Shown here one piece after another: positions 14,351-28,302 of a stretch of 64,000 nt of DNA. The DNA is from Ginglymostoma cirratum (taxonomy: Eukaryota), in NCBI GenBank assembly GCA_024137785.1, contig JAHRHZ010000126.1:4159691-4223690 (forward strand). The letters are read 5' to 3'. The position numbers and the translations under genes were made by a program. The notes under the pieces were generated by a model that saw only the letters and a program-made list of their open reading frames with translations, searched no databases and was not told the origin of the DNA. Within the stretch, counting starts at the first letter, position 1. Every line of letters begins with the position of its first letter.

Positions 14351-14670
14351 AGCCAAGTGAACCCACAACAAATAAATGGTTAAGCCCTGTGCTCTGCTGT
14401 CCTACTATATCCAGTCATGAACGGTGGAGGACAAATAAACAACTCACTGGATGAAGGGGCTCCACAAATATTCCCATTCTCAACAATGGACGAAGCAGCG
14501 TATCAGTGAAAAGGACATGCTGAAGTATTTACAAGAACCTTCAGTTAGAATTACAGAGTGGATGATTATCTCTATTCAAGAATTTTAGCATCACAAATCC
14601 CAGTCTTTAGCCAATTTGATTCTCTCCATGTGATACCATGAAATAACTGAAGGCAGTGGATATTGCAAAG

Positions 14671-14957
14671 GGACCCAGGTTCGATTCCAGCCTCCGGCGA
14701 CTGTATGTGTGAAGTTTGCATGTTCTCCCCGTGTCTGCGTGGGTTTCTTGGGTGCTCCGGTTTCCTCCCACAGTCCAAAGATGTCCAGGTTAGGTGGATT
14801 GGCCATGCTAAATTTCCTGTAGTGTTCAGGGAGGTGTAGGTTAGATGGGTTATAGGGGGATGGGTCTGGGTGGGATGCTCTGAGGTTCAGTATGGACTTG
14901 TTGGGCCGAAGGGCCTGTTTCCACACTGTAGGGATTCTATGATTCTATGATTCTATG
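14671..14957 (+). mobile_element. HE1-like V-SINE, 5'-truncated
   Basis: B box ggttcgattcc, V-domain core (gtttgcatgttctccccgtgtctgcgtgggtttc...ggtttcctcccacagtccaaaga), CR1-derived tail ending (attctatg)3. Confidence 0.9.
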
Positions 14958-15466
14958 TGCCCTGACAATATTCCAGCAATAATACTGAAAACTTAACCTG
15001 AAGAACTAGTCACACCCCTAGCAAGCTGTCCTAGTACAGCTACTAAGCTGGCATCTAGCTAGCAATGTAGTAAATTGCTCCACTAATAATTGAAACCTAA
15101 GGGATACAACTGTTAGACTAGTTCTGCAGCCAGTGGTGAGGGAAGAAAAAACCTATCTAAGCCTGTCCTCACTAACCTACTGTCGCAGATGTATCTATCC
15201 ATAACAGTGTTGCCTGGAGTGATCACCACACAGTCATTTCCCAGACAAAGTTCCATCGTCACACTGAGGAAGCCTTCCATCAGAATATATGGCACAACCA
15301 CAGTGCTAAATGGGACCAACTTCAAAGAAATCCAGCAATTCAAAGTTCAGGATCCATGAGACATTTTGTGCCATCAGAAGCAGCAGAATATTAAGCAACC
15401 ACTATCTGTAACTCCATGGCCCTACACTTCCCTCATTCTAGCATTACCATCAAGCTGAGAGATCAA

Positions 15467-15544
15467 GATAAAAACAGAATTTGCTGGTGAAACTCAGCAT
15501 CTGTGGGAAGAAAGCAGAGTTAATGTTTCGAGTCCAGTGACTCT
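15467..15544 (-). mobile_element. Short Penelope-like terminal fragment (second subfamily)
   Basis: aaaacagaatttgctgg...gcatctgtggg...gagttaatgtttcgagtccagtgac, flanked by gagatcaa at 15459-15466 and 15545-15552. Confidence 0.65.
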
Positions 15545-15699
15545 GAGATCAAAGCTGGTTCAATGAAGAATGTTGGAGATCATGCCAGGAGCAGCACCAG
15601 TCATTCCTAAAAGCAAAGTGTCAACTTGCTGAGGCGTGCATGCCAAATAGCAGAAGCAAAATATGATTGACAGGTAATATCACAGCGAACAGACATAAG

Positions 15700-16750
15700 A
15701 AAATTTGGTAAATTTGATCCACAATTGTCTAAGTGGCAGGAAGCAGAGGGTCATGGTTGAAGCTATGTTTTGAACTGGAAATCTGTGTGCAGTGGGGTTC
15801 CGCAGAAAATCAATGTTAGGGCCCTTGCTGTTTGTGATTTATATAAATAATTTAGATTTAAAAGTAGGAAGTTTGATCAGTAGTTCACAGGTGATATAAA
15901 AATTGGTTGGGTGGTACATAGTAAGGAGGATAGTCTCAGGTGACTGAAGGTTATAGACAGGCTGGTCAGACAGCTGATCAGTAGCAAATGGAATGCAATC
16001 CAGATAAATGTAGGTGATGCACTTGGGTATGACAGACAAGGCAAGGAATACATGTGAAGGGTACGACCCTAGGAAGCTCCAAAGATCAGAGGGACCTTAA
16101 TGTGTATGTGCATTGTTCCCTTATGCTATCAGGTCAAGTGGATAAAGTCTTAAGAAGGCACATGATATTCTGACTTTTATTAGCCAAGACACAGTTCAAG
16201 AGCAAGGTGGTTATGCCAGAACTACAGAAAATGGTGGTTAGACCACAGGTAGAGTATTGTATGCAGTTCTGGAATCCACATTATAGGAGGGATATGACAG
16301 CACTGGAGAGGGTGCAAAGGACGTTTACCAGGATGCTGCCCAGGTTGCAGAGTTTCAGTTATGAGGAGAGATCACACATGCTAGAGGTGCTTTCCTTCCA
16401 GCAGAGATTGAGAGGGGAAATGATTGAGAAAATTATGAGGGGCACAGTTTGGTTAGACAGGAAGACACTTCCACTCTTGACGGAGAGATCAATGACCAGG
16501 GAACACGGAGTTAAGGTAAGGAGCAGAAGGTTTAAAGGAGATGTGAGGAAAAGCTTTTTCACTACCTGCAGGGAGAGAAATCCTCATAAAATTAAAGAAA
16601 TATTTACATGTGCTCTTGCAATCTCAAGGCATACAAGGGTATGGGTCAAGAGCTGGAAAATGGGACAGGAATAGTCAGATGCTTATTTTTGACCTACATG
16701 GACTAGATGGGACAAAGGGCTTTCTTCTGTGCTGTACATCTCTATGACTA
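15700..16750 (+). mobile_element. Degenerate CR1 LINE 3' fragment
   Basis: ORF 16207-16674 VRPQVEYCMQFWNPHYRRDMTALERVQRTFTRMLP is the CR1 ORF2 C-terminus. Confidence 0.88.
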
Positions 16751-19249
16751 ATGCCACTACCATTGCTGAATTCCCTCTATCATCACCTTGGGGATTACCA
16801 TTGACCAGAAACTAAACTAGACGAGCTACATAAATACTATGGCTACAAGGGAGGTCTGAGGCTGGGAATACTGTTGAAATTAACTCAACTCCTGAATCCC
16901 TAAAGCTTGTCCACCATCTACAAGACACAAGTCAGGAGTGTGATGGAATACGCTTCACTTGTCTGAATCAGTACAGCTCCAACAATACTCAAGAGGTTTG
17001 ACAATATCCAGGACAAAGGAGCCCACTTGACTGGTACCTTATCCACTATCTTCTATACTGACTCGCTTCAACACCAACTGACAGCAATGTTTACTAACTA
17101 CAAGGTGCAATGCTAAAACTTACCTAGGCTCCTCAAGCAACACGTTCTACCTTACAATCTCTAGCACCTAAAGGATTAAGGGTGACAGATAAATGGGAAC
17201 ACCATCACCTGCAAGATACCTTCCAAGCCACACACCTTCCTGAGTGAAATAATATGCAGTTTCTTCACTGTCACAGAGTCAAAATCCTGAAATGCTCTAC
17301 CTACTAAGATTGCAGGTGCACCTACACTCCAAGGACTACAGCAGTTCACAATGGCAGTAAACCACTATCTTCTCAAGAGCAATTAGGAATGGGTAATAAA
17401 TGCTGGCTTAGCCAGTGATGCCCATATTCCCCTGAATGATTAAAAATGAGATCAACTTCTTAGGCTGACTGATGAAATCAGTACTGCTGGAGATGCCACA
17501 TCCTCTATAGCTGGTGCCAGAATTAAATTAATGTTGTGACAGATGAAATCCATGCCACAGAGCTTTGTCGACAGCTTTCTTCAAATACCACCACTTTATC
17601 GCTAACCTCAAAATTTAGGACAAATTACTCTTATTAGAGTATTATATATCACTGCAATATATATTTTACATTTTTATTAATTCATACAGAATTAATAATA
17701 GTAACAATTATACGATTACCAAATTAACATTCTAATATATCTACTGATTATTTCTATCACTAGGATCAAAAGTTGTGTATCAATCAATATTTTCTAATAA
17801 CAGTCTATTGGCCTTGTTTAGAAAATAGTACGCATAAAAGGCACTAATTATTGCAAATGGTAAGCTAAATATGTGCATCTGTTTTTCTTTTATCTGCTAG
17901 CCAGAAGAATAATTCAATCCAATCTGCAGAGAACTTGTCAATGTTTTATCAGAAAATAGTAATATTGCGTTGCATACAATTCACACAGAAAATAAAGACA
18001 CATGAGCACTAAAACAGATATACAAATACACGTCATAATTTTTCCCCATCAGCTGGTGAAACAGTATAAATAGAAAGCAGATATTCACAATTCCTTTAGC
18101 CAAGAAGTTGAAAGCATTTTGTGCTACTAAATTGTTTCTATTGCTGTCGGCTAATTGGCATTACATTGTATATAGTACTCATTGTACACCAGCAAGCTTT
18201 ATCAATAAGTAAGAAAAGGTCTTTTTTTGTAATTAGAAAGAAAAGAATGAACTGTTTCCAATTCAAATGTTAATTACTTTTAGATGGAAAGGAAAAGTTA
18301 CGTTCTCTCTTACTTCATGGGAGAAACTCTATTCTTTTTCTTTCCTGAGACAGTATTTCCCATGTTAGGTGATAGTTGGCTGCAAAAGGGCTGCTTTGTT
18401 GACATATGCAGTGGTTCTGTCCTCTGCCAGCTTTGCCACACTAAATGCAAATGAGTGTCTTTCCCAAAGAGGATAGATACAGATGTAAAATTGCTGCTGT
18501 GCTCACCTGACCACAAATTGAGGAAATCCAGGGAAACCATATAGAATTTGCTGAAGCACTGAAACTTCCATTTCATCCAAAGACAGTGCAACCAGACAAC
18601 TGAGTCAGTACCAAGAAATGTGCATCCATATTGTAAGATGGAAAGGTTGTCTGTGGAGTATTCAGCTTGGAAAGACAACAGAGCTAGATTCAGGAAGACA
18701 CAAATGAGCAAAATTTCAGCAGTTTACTCAGCAGAGCAGGGAAAGAAGGAAATACGGATTTATAACAACAAAATCTGAAAATCTTGTTCCCTCTCTCTTC
18801 CAGTTTCTCTCAACCTCTTAAGTCAGCACCTGACGGAAGAGTAATTTGGGAAGCAACAATTCATTAAAAACCCCAAAATTCTACCAATTTCACCACTGCT
18901 GAAGAAAGACAAAAAAATGAAAAAAACAAGAAAAAAAAATGCAAAAGAGACAGCTAAACAGTTGTGAACTTATCTTTCATAAGAACTTTAAATTGCATTG
19001 CTTTATTTTCCTGTTTCCACCAGACACTATGCCCACAGCTGTTCTCTATCATACACAAGATGATGTTCCTCCTGGTCAATGTCTTCATCTTCCTTCTTGG
19101 AAGATTGCTCCCCTTTTCCCACTTCGTCAGCAAACCTCATCACCTCTTTGTTGGTCGAAATGATATAGTATGGTACAATTATATTGCACTCTCAGTTTGG
19201 AATATACTGCCAGACCCCACCAGCAGAATCACATCTTCAGCATACTTAC

Positions 19250-20100
19250 TGCCTGGTCCACCATGGCCCTGCATGAAGAATGGGCTGCATTGTACCTGTG
19301 CTCCATCTAAGTTAGGGGTTGCAAAAGGGAGTCATCAGCCATGTTTGTAATGGGTAGTCCTTGTCTCCCAATAGCCATGCTTGTGAGGCATCTGGACTCT
19401 CAAACACAACAGGAACACAAGAATTTTCAAAGATATAGACATCATGGTAGCTCACAGGGTACCAGATGCAAAGGTCTAGAAAATGGAACCAATGATCACA
19501 GATCACTTGCACATTGATGGAATGTAATTCTCTTCTATTGGTGAATTCAGCAGGGTTATGATATCGCCCTCTCACTGTGATGTGTGTTCAGTCTACTTAA
19601 CCCTGTACCTGGCAAAAGCCAGCAAAATGACGCCAAATCCTACTGCACAGGCTGCAACACTGAACTCACAATGGAGAAACAAGATCAAGTATTGTGATCT
19701 GGTATAAATGGCATCAGTTATAATCTTAATGCATTTGTGGGTAGACAATTGAGAGATCCCAATGAGGTGTTAATTGGGTCCTTTGAGGAAACCAATTGCA
19801 AAACTTTCAACACAGCTATCAGCTTGACAACAAAGGATAGGATGGTCACCCACGCCTTCAGGTCACATATTCCCCTCCAGCAGTTGACATGGTTCAGCAA
19901 GCACTGTCTGGGACATCACTCATCCAGAGGAAATGGCTTTGAGAACAAAAGACTCTGGCCTCCAGTGTCTTCTGTGCATCCTAAGGGGCCCTTCAGTGGC
20001 ACCCTCTTCATTTGGAGGCTATTTGGCATCCACTAGAGGTTACTGCTGCTTCTGGGCTTGCAAGCCCATTTTTTCTTCTTCCATTTCTCTGCATCTTTGT
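19250..20100 (-). mobile_element. PIF/Harbinger DDE transposase pseudogene
   Basis: NRRELHSINVQVICD...YPVSYHD...WLLGDKDYPLQTWLMTP plus upstream AGF.QVQG*VD*THI match HARBI1-type transposase motifs; stops and frameshifts present. Confidence 0.85.
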
Positions 20101-20344
20101 TGCATCACAGCAACAGTAATAGTAACTTTTGTTGTAGCTGGATCCATGAGTCATACTTGCTATGAACCTGGTGGAGAACAAAAGAAACTGAAAACGTCTA
20201 TCCCAGAAGAGGCAGACCCAGAAGAGCGCAGCAGAGTGATGATGCTGATTGGCTGATGTGGGGAAGATTTGCATCAGTGCAGTCACTGCTTCCAGAAGTT
20301 GGTTTGCGGCGGGGCTGTTGTCAAGTGACACTTCAACGCCAAAC

Positions 20345-23300
20345 ACTTCCTCAGTGTTTCTCTCCTGACCTCCTCCTCTAACCAATAAAAAGCACACAGA
20401 CACCACTGTGAGGACCAGAAGCAAGGGAAAGGGAGAGATCCAGAGAGCATCCTGGGAAGATGAGTGAGGGAAGATCTACCTCAGGTATTCGCAGCGTTAA
20501 GTGAGGGTAAGTGTTTAATAAATTTCCTTAAACAGCTTAATTGGGGATAGAAATGTTAAAAGTGCTTCACTTGTGAGATGTGGAAGATACACGATGCTTC
20601 CAGCGTCTCAGATGACTACATCTGCAGGACGTACATCCAATTGCAGCTCCTCACAGACTGCATGGATAGATTGGAGCGGCAACTGGATGTACTTAGGAGC
20701 ATGAGGATAGTGGAAAGCATCATAGACAGTAGTTTTAAAGATGTGGTAACACCCAAGGTGCATACAGATAGATGGGTGTCCGCTAGAAGGTGCAGGCAGC
20801 TGGTGCAGGAATCCCCTGTGGTCGATCCCCTCTCTAACAAGTATACCGTTTTGGGGAGTAACAGCAGCAGCAGCCAAACTGGTGGCATCTTGGCTGGCTC
20901 GGTTCTTAAGAAGGGAAGGAGAAAGAACACTACAGCAGTAGTCATAGGGGGCTCTATAGTTAGGGGTACAGATAGGCGCTTCTGTGGACGTAAAAGAGAC
21001 TCCAGGATGGTATGTTGCCTCCCTGGTGCCAGGGTCCAGGATGTCTCTAAACGGGCAAAAAGCATTCTGAAGGGAGAGGTGAACAACCAGAGGTCGTGGT
21101 ACATATTGGTACTAACTACATAAGTAGGATGGGTGGTGAGGTCCTGCAACAGCAGTTCAAGGACTTAGGTAGAAAGTTAAAAATCAGGATCTCCAAGGAT
21201 GTAATCTTGGGATTACTCCCTGTGCCACGTGCCAGTAAGACTATAAATAGGAAGGTGGTACAGATCAACAGATGGCTAAACAGATGGTGTTGGAGGGAAG
21301 GTTTCAGATATCTGGACCATTGGGATCTCTTCAGGGGCAGGTAGGACCTGTACAAGAAGGACAGGTTGCATCTAAACTGGAGGGGCACAAATATTCTGAC
21401 TGCAAGGAATGCTGGTGTCACTCGGGAGGATTTAAACTAGCTTGGCAGGGGGTTAAGAACCAAAGCAAAGGTGAATTGACTGAAAGGAAACTAGAGAATA
21501 GGGCCAGTAAGACTCAGAGAAAGAGCAGGCAGGGTGTGGTTGCTGATCAAAGCGGGTCTGGTGGACTGAAGTGCATCTGTTTCACTGCAAGATGTGTGAA
21601 AGGTAAAGCAGATGAACTTAGAGCTTGGATTAGTACTTGGAACTATGATGCTGTTGCTATTACAGAGACTTCATTACGGGAAGGACAGGATTAGCAGCTT
21701 AATATTCCAAGACACATCTGTTTCAGGCAGGATATAGGGGGATGTAAAAGAGGTGGGGGAGTTGCTCTACTTGTTAAGGAGATATATAACAGCTATACCA
21801 TGGGAGGACACCGAGGATGGCTCATAAGGCAAGGCAATATTGGTAGAGCTCAGGAACAGGAAAGGTGCAATCACAATGTTTGGGGTTTACTATAGGCCTC
21901 CCAACAACCAGATGGGAGCTAAAAGAACAGATATGTAGGCAGATTTTGGCAAGATGTAAAAGTAACAGGTTGTTGTAGTGGGTGATTTTAACTTGCCATA
22001 TATTGACTGGGACTCATTTAGTGCTTGGGGTACAGATGGGACAGAGTTTTTAAGGAGCATCCAGGAGGGCTTCTTGAAATAGCGTGTAGATAGTCCAACT
22101 AGGAAAGGAGCGGTACTGGACCTAGTACTGGAAAATGAGCCTGGCCAGGTGATCGACGTCTCAGTAGGGGAGCAGCTCAGGAACAGTGGTCACATTTCAG
22201 TAAGCTTTAAGGTACTGACGGATAAAGGTAAGTGTAGTTGTCAGGTGGAGATGCTAAATTGGAGGAAGGCTAATTACCACAATATTAGGCAGGAACTGAA
22301 GAATGTAGATTGGGGCCAGATGTTTGAGGGCAAATCAACATATGGTATGTGGGTGGCTTTCAAGTGTAAGTTGCTGGGGATTCAGGACTGCCATGTCCCT
22401 GTAAGGATGAAGGATAAGTATGGCAAGTTTTGGGAATCTTGAATAACGAGAGATATTGTGAGCCTAGTCAAAAAGAAAAAGGAAGCATTTGTCAAGGCTC
22501 GGAGGCTGGGAACACACAAAGCAAGGGTGGGATACAAGGAAAGTTAAAAGAAACATAAGCAAGGAGTCAGGAGGGCTAAAAGGGGTCATGAAAAGTCATT
22601 GGCCAACAGGATTAAGGAAAATCCCAATACTTTTTATACATATATAAAGAGCAAGAGGGTAGACAGGGAGAGGGTTGGCTCACTCAAGGACAGGGAAGGG
22701 AATTTATGTGTGGAGCCAGAGGAAATGGGTGAGGTATTAAATCTGTACTTTCCGTCAGTATTCACTGTAGAGAAGGACTTGGTGGATGATGAGCCTGGGG
22801 AAGAGTGTGTAGATGGTTTGGGTCGTGTTGAGATCAGGAGGAAGGATATATTGGGGGTTTTGAAAAACATTAAGGCAGACAAGTCCCCAGGGCCTGATGG
22901 GATGTACCCCAGAATACTGAGAGAGGCAAGGGAGGAAATTGCTGGGGCCTTTATCGAAATCCTTGTATCCTCACTAGCTATAGGGGAGATCCCAGAGGAC
23001 TGGAGAATAGCCAATGTTGCACCCTTGTTTAAGAATGGTGGCAGGGATAATCCAGTAATTACAGGCCGGTGAGCCTTACATCAGAGGTAAGGAAATTATT
23101 GGAGAGGATTCTTCAAGACAGGATTTACTCCCAGTTGGAAAGAAATGGGCATATTAGCAAGAGATGATATGGTTTTGTGAAGGGGAGGTTGTGTTTCACC
23201 AACTTGATTGAGTTTTTTGAGGAAGTGACGAAGATGATCAATGAGGGTAGGGCAGTGGATGTTGTCTAGGTGGACTTCAGTAAGGCCTTTGACAAGGTCC

Positions 23301-24450
23301 CTCATGGCAGACTGATACAGAAGGTAAAGTAACACAGGATCAGAGGTGAGCTTGCAAGATGGATTAAAAAACTAGCTCGGTCGTTGGAGACAGAGGGTAG
23401 CAGTGGAAAGGCGCGTTTCTGATTTGATGACTGTGACTAGTGGAGTTCCTCAGGGATCAGTGTTGGGACCTTTGCTATGTGTAATATATATAAATGATCT
23501 GGAGGAAAATGTAACTGGTTTGATTAGTAAGTTTGCAGATGACACAAAGGTTGGCAGAATAGTGGGTAGCGATGAGGACCATCAGAGCATACAGCAGGAT
23601 ATAGATCGGTTGGTGACTTGGGCGTAGAGATGGCAGATGGAGTTTAATCCAGAAAAATGTGAGGTAATGCATTTCAGAAGGTCTAATCCAGATGGCAAAT
23701 ATACAGTAAATGGCAGAACCCTTAAGAGTACTGATGGGCAGAGGAATCTGGGTGTACAGGTACACAGGTACTGAAAGTGGCAATGCAGCTGGAGAAGGTA
23801 GTCAACAAGGCATATGGCATGCTTGCTTTCATCAGCTAGGGTACTGAGTTTAAAAATTGGCAGGTAATGTTGCAGCTTTATAGAACCTTAGTTAGGCCGT
23901 GTTTGGAATATTGTGTTCAATTCTGGTCACCACACCACCAGAAAGATGTGGTGGCTTTGGAGAGGGTACAGAAAAGATTTAATAGGATGTTGCCTGATGT
24001 GGAGGCATTAGCTATGAGGAGAGGTTGGAGAAACTTGAGTTGTTCTCACTGGAACGACGGAGGTTGAGGGGTGACCTGATAGAGGTCTACCAGATTATGA
24101 AGGGCGTGGACAGTGTGGGCAGTCAGAAACTTTTTCCCAGGGTGGAGGAGTCAGTTACTAGGGGTCATAGTTTAAAGTGCAAGGGGCAAGGTTTAAAGGT
24201 AATGTACGAGGCAGGATTTTTACACAGAGGGTGGTGGGTGCCTGGAACTCGCTGCTGGGGGAGGTAGTGGAAGCAGACATGATAGTGACTTTTAAAGGGT
24301 GTCTTGACAAATACATGACTAGGATGAGAATAGAGGGATACAGACCCCGGAATGGTAGGAGGGTTTAGTTGTGACAGGCAGCATGTCAGTGCAGGCTCGG
24401 AGAGCCGAAGGGCCTGTACCTGTGCTGTAATTTTCTTTGTTCTTTGCTCT
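20345..24450 (+). mobile_element. Near-full-length, inactivated CR1 LINE (ORF1 zinc finger/coiled coil/SGNH esterase; ORF2 APE endonuclease and RT)
   Basis: ORF1: CFTC...CRT, G(G)SIVRG...CLPGARVQD...VHIGTN. ORF2: AITET, YRPP, GDFN, KSPGPDG, SGVPQGSVLGP, FADDTK. T-rich 3' microsatellite tail; multiple in-frame stops. 5' boundary approximate. Confidence 0.95.
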
Positions 24451-25729
24451 TCTTCATTCTTTGTCATTATCAATTTGAGCAGTCAGTATTCACTACCCTT
24501 CACTGCACTACACAATGACTTTACATACTCCTTCATCTAATGGGACATGGGCCATTCTGACAAAGAGGGTGTATAAACTCAATTTGGTACTTAGACATTG
24601 AATCTTATTCCACTAGTCATGTGGCAAAAAGGTGTAGGACAGTCCCTGTGCTGCATGAGGACTGAACTTTTTACCTCCCAGCTCCGTATCACACACAGAA
24701 GGTATCACTGCACAGAAGAAAGTCTTACATTTACAGTTAGTTCTGTGTCCTGTGCACACTTGAAAGACATGTTCTGTCACCTACAGGTGCCACTTTTAAG
24801 GTCACTTCTGAATACTTCTGCTTTACAGATATGTCTGTCTTCAATTTGCAAGAGCCAAATACATGGTCGACATTGCTTGTGACCGCATTCACACCCTTCA
24901 TACATGTACATTTCTCATGCACAATGATATGATTGCAAATGATTTAAACGTGCATTCTGCAAGTGCAAAATTACCCCTAGAAGGAAACACAGATCATGCT
25001 GGACACAACAGAAAACAAGGCTCAATCTTATCATGAGATTTCCTCCCTCCACAACACATGCCACTTCCCAAACCTCCATGTTCCTTTCTAACTAGCACTC
25101 CCTGGACAGCCCCCTCCTCTGAACACCCGACATGCTCCCTCTCATCATCTCAAACTACAACACCAACTCTCATCCTTATCCCCTGAGCCCCAAAACTACA
25201 ATTTGGTCATGCCTACTATTGAGCTGCACAGTCACTTATAAAGGCCAATGATGATGCTGACCACCATCATTCCCATCCAGTCCCTCCAGCATTCCATATC
25301 CTCCCATTGCACTACCAGCTCCCCCACCCCTTGTATGTCAAATCTCCCTTCATGGTTGTCCCCACCATATCCCAAACCACTGCTTACATTTCTCGTTTGA
25401 GTCCTCAGCATCTCTCTACTGCAACAACGGCCCCAGATAGCCTTCGCTGACATTCATTCCGCTTACCCCCAGGCTTGAACTTGCTCTACAGATTTGCACA
25501 GACAGCCCCAACTGATGAATAACCAGACCCCTGACTGATCGCAGTGCATCTCTGAACTGATATGCTGAAGGTGGCCCATTCCCTGGAGTTTAATGAGGCA
25601 AAGCCCCTGATCCAGATCACCCCATGGATATCTGACCATGCTCAAGTCCTTGGATTGATCAAGGATGCTGTCCTTGCACTACTGTCCCCCTAACTGACAG
25701 CAACTCCCCGTTGACTTGACTGGGCTACT

Positions 25730-26050
25730 GCTTTAGACATTGAGAAGTGGCCATTTGTTTGATGCAAATGCAGTGTGTGCTGATGTGTACACTGCCAGCA
25801 CATGTTGCCTGTGTGAGATTGATACAGCACTGTGCCATTCAGCAACATGTCCACCCTCCTGACAGATGACTGCTGACCAGCAAGAATAAGTTGCCTGCCT
25901 TTGTCTCTGCACTAAACAGCAAGGCAAGACAGAAGTCCTATGAGCCTTTAAACTGCGCTGAGGGAACAGGAGACAAAAAGGCAAGGCAGGGAATCTGTTA
26001 GCATGAGCACCAAGTAAGCAAGCAAGCAGCTCTGAGATGCAGCCTGGTTC
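25730..26050 (-). mobile_element. Degenerate Myb/SANT-like DNA-binding ORF of the Harbinger element
   Basis: Minus-strand HVAEWHSAVSISHR followed, after a frameshift, by CWQC resembles the W..VA..VSA....R..W.QC trihelix motif; same strand as the transposase. Confidence 0.5.
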
Positions 26051-26639
26051 AATCTGTGAGATAGCTGCTTGTCCCGACACACATAGCAACCTTACAGTAA
26101 CATTCCAACGATAGCAGCAACTATGCTCCAAAGTGTAGCATTAATGTCCAGAAGTGTACTGTAAACGAGTCGGAGGTGTGCCTTGATAGTGCAGAGACTG
26201 GCATACGTTGGATGCCAGCAACCATTGATGCGAGATGCATGTGGTCACTGCCCATGAAGCGTTGAGATGTTGGTGCCAGGTGTCCAAGTGGAAATCTTGG
26301 CAAGCTGAAGTCGTCAGGTACCGGCACTCACACTCATGTGGAATTCTCGGCGTTTAGTATTTATCTGGCATGTGGGTGGATAGGCAATTGTGCATTAATT
26401 AGGAAAAATTAAGGACTAATGAGGTTGATAATAAGCGACAATCTCCATGAATGAGTCTCTCACCACTCCCTAGCGAGATTCTCAATTCAACATGCAAAAC
26501 CTAGTTGGAAAAACTTGTTTCTCCCAATGTCAAGAAGGGCCTCAGCCAGCTTCGCACCTAATTCTCCTAAATTTCTCATTATAGCCTATGTCATTCAGGA
26601 TCTGGGGACATTCCATCTGGTGCATTTTGGTAGAATTTA

Positions 26640-26960
26640 CGTAAAAGTCCTTCCCAGTGTCAAAAGGATCAGTAACCAAAGGACATGGATTTAAGGTATT
26701 TGACAAAAAAAAATCAGTACTACATGAGGATTTCTTTTTCACATGCAGCAAGTTGCTATAATTTGGAGTGCAATGCCAAAAATAGACTCAATAGCTTTCA
26801 AAAGTGAAATTAATAAATCCTTGAAGGCAAAAATATTGCAGGGTTATGGGGAAACAGCATGCAAGTGGTATGATTTGAATATCTCTTTCAAAGAACCAAC
26901 ACAGTCACAGTGGGTCAAATGGCCTCACTTGGTGATTTACTTTTAACAATTCTGCATACT
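26640..26960 (+). mobile_element. CR1 3' fragment
   Basis: Similar to 24130-24420 (TKGHGFK...FFT.QV...W) with 3' UTR. Confidence 0.7.
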
Positions 26961-27925
26961 TGTGGAATTTTTGAACATCAATTTTGATACTGCTTATTTG
27001 AACATATTTGGAATTTATTTTCAAATAAAATTCTATTTGTGCCAAATTATAATTTATTGACACTTATCCTTTACATAATCAGATGTATTCCACCCATGTT
27101 GATGATTCATGTATTATGTATAATAGGCATGTATTTTATTTGTCCTCAATGACATCTGCAAATTACAAATTATTCACATAATTCATTCTTTGCATTAAAA
27201 TTCCATGTAGATAATTTGCTAATGAGGTTCAGAAGCTTCCATATCCACCTGCCTACCAACACCATCCCCTGAAGCTGTGGACATGATAGGAAAGATTAAA
27301 AATAACTTTTATTTGTCTCAAGAAATCTACAAACAATTTCAGGATATACACACTTTCACAAAAATAGGTTGGACCAGAGTCTGTGACAAATAGCAAGTGC
27401 CATATTGTCACTGAGCCATATGATCATGTTATTCCAGTTAGCATAATTAATGAATTTATTTCTTCACTGAGATAGCAATCATATTTCTAAATGATTCATA
27501 ATAATTTAAATCAAAATGTGGACATCATCTTTTTTCCACTTAGCTTAATTTGTCCATAAAGTTTGATGTTCCCAGCATCCGGGTCATCTTTTTACATACC
27601 TGTGGGGTACATCTTCAAAACACAATATTTTTACAGTCATTTCAGAAAAATCCAAAGCTAAGTTAAACTATAATTTGAGCAATTAATAGGTCAGCTCCTC
27701 CTTAGATCATTGCCTGAGGAACTAACCACAAGTCTAACCTCGGTAAGAGGATCCAGGTTTCAACATATACAATGGACATTCTTGTATTACCAAGCATCAC
27801 AGAGAATCATATGTCCATGCAAATATAAACTTGGATCTTATTTGTAAATGCATTTTTGAACAAATTTACAGTAATCTATTTATCAGAACTGGACTACATT
27901 GAAGCATAAGTATCATTAACCTATG

Positions 27926-28190
27926 GAGATAGTAAGAACTGCCGATGCCGGAGTCTGAGATAACACAGTGTGGAGCTGGAGGAACACAGCAGGCTAGGCA
28001 CATCAGAGGAGCAGGAAAGCTGACGTTTTGGGTCGGGACACTTCTTCAGAAAAGGGGGAAGGGAAGGAGGCTCTGAAATAAATAGAAGGGGGGTGGCGGT
28101 GAAAGCAGGTAGATAGTGGATCGGGTAGGTGGGAGAGAAGACAGACAGGTCAGGAGGCGGGGATGAAGCTAGTAAAGGTGAGTGTAGCTG
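27926..28190 (-). mobile_element. Penelope-like 3' terminal fragment, same family as 2148-2906
   Basis: Reverse-complement match to ~2630-2906, including a mutated hammerhead-like core at ~28022-28049. Confidence 0.85.
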
Positions 28191-28207
28191 GACAAGTCAA
28201 TTTTAGT

Positions 28208-28302
28208 CATAAAAACAGAAATTGCTGGAAAAGCTCAACAGATCTGCCAGCATCTGTGAACAGAAAGCAGAGTTAACATTTCAAGTCCAGTTACCCTCCG
28301 TT
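28208..28302 (-). mobile_element. Short Penelope-like terminal fragment (second subfamily) with 13-bp TSD
   Basis: agtcaattttagt at 28195-28207 and 28303-28315. Confidence 0.8.

Larger units (their letters stand above)
14400..17445 (+). mobile_element. Old CR1/L2-group LINE fragment interrupted by three younger insertions
   Basis: RT-like remnants (PDNIPAIILK; IYKTQVRSVMEYA) and 3' end ...gccagtgatgcccatattcccctgaatgattaaaaa. Confidence 0.65.

Noticed and set aside
14671-14700. tRNA gene
   Set aside because: The B box belongs to a truncated SINE head; no cloverleaf.
19312-19575. Possible domesticated HARBI1 gene
   Set aside because: Adjacent motifs contain stops and frameshifts and conserved residues are altered; it is a decayed transposon.
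20608-23783. Long minus-strand ORFs such as 20616-21149 and 22634-23014
   Set aside because: Antisense shadows of CR1 ORF1 and ORF2.
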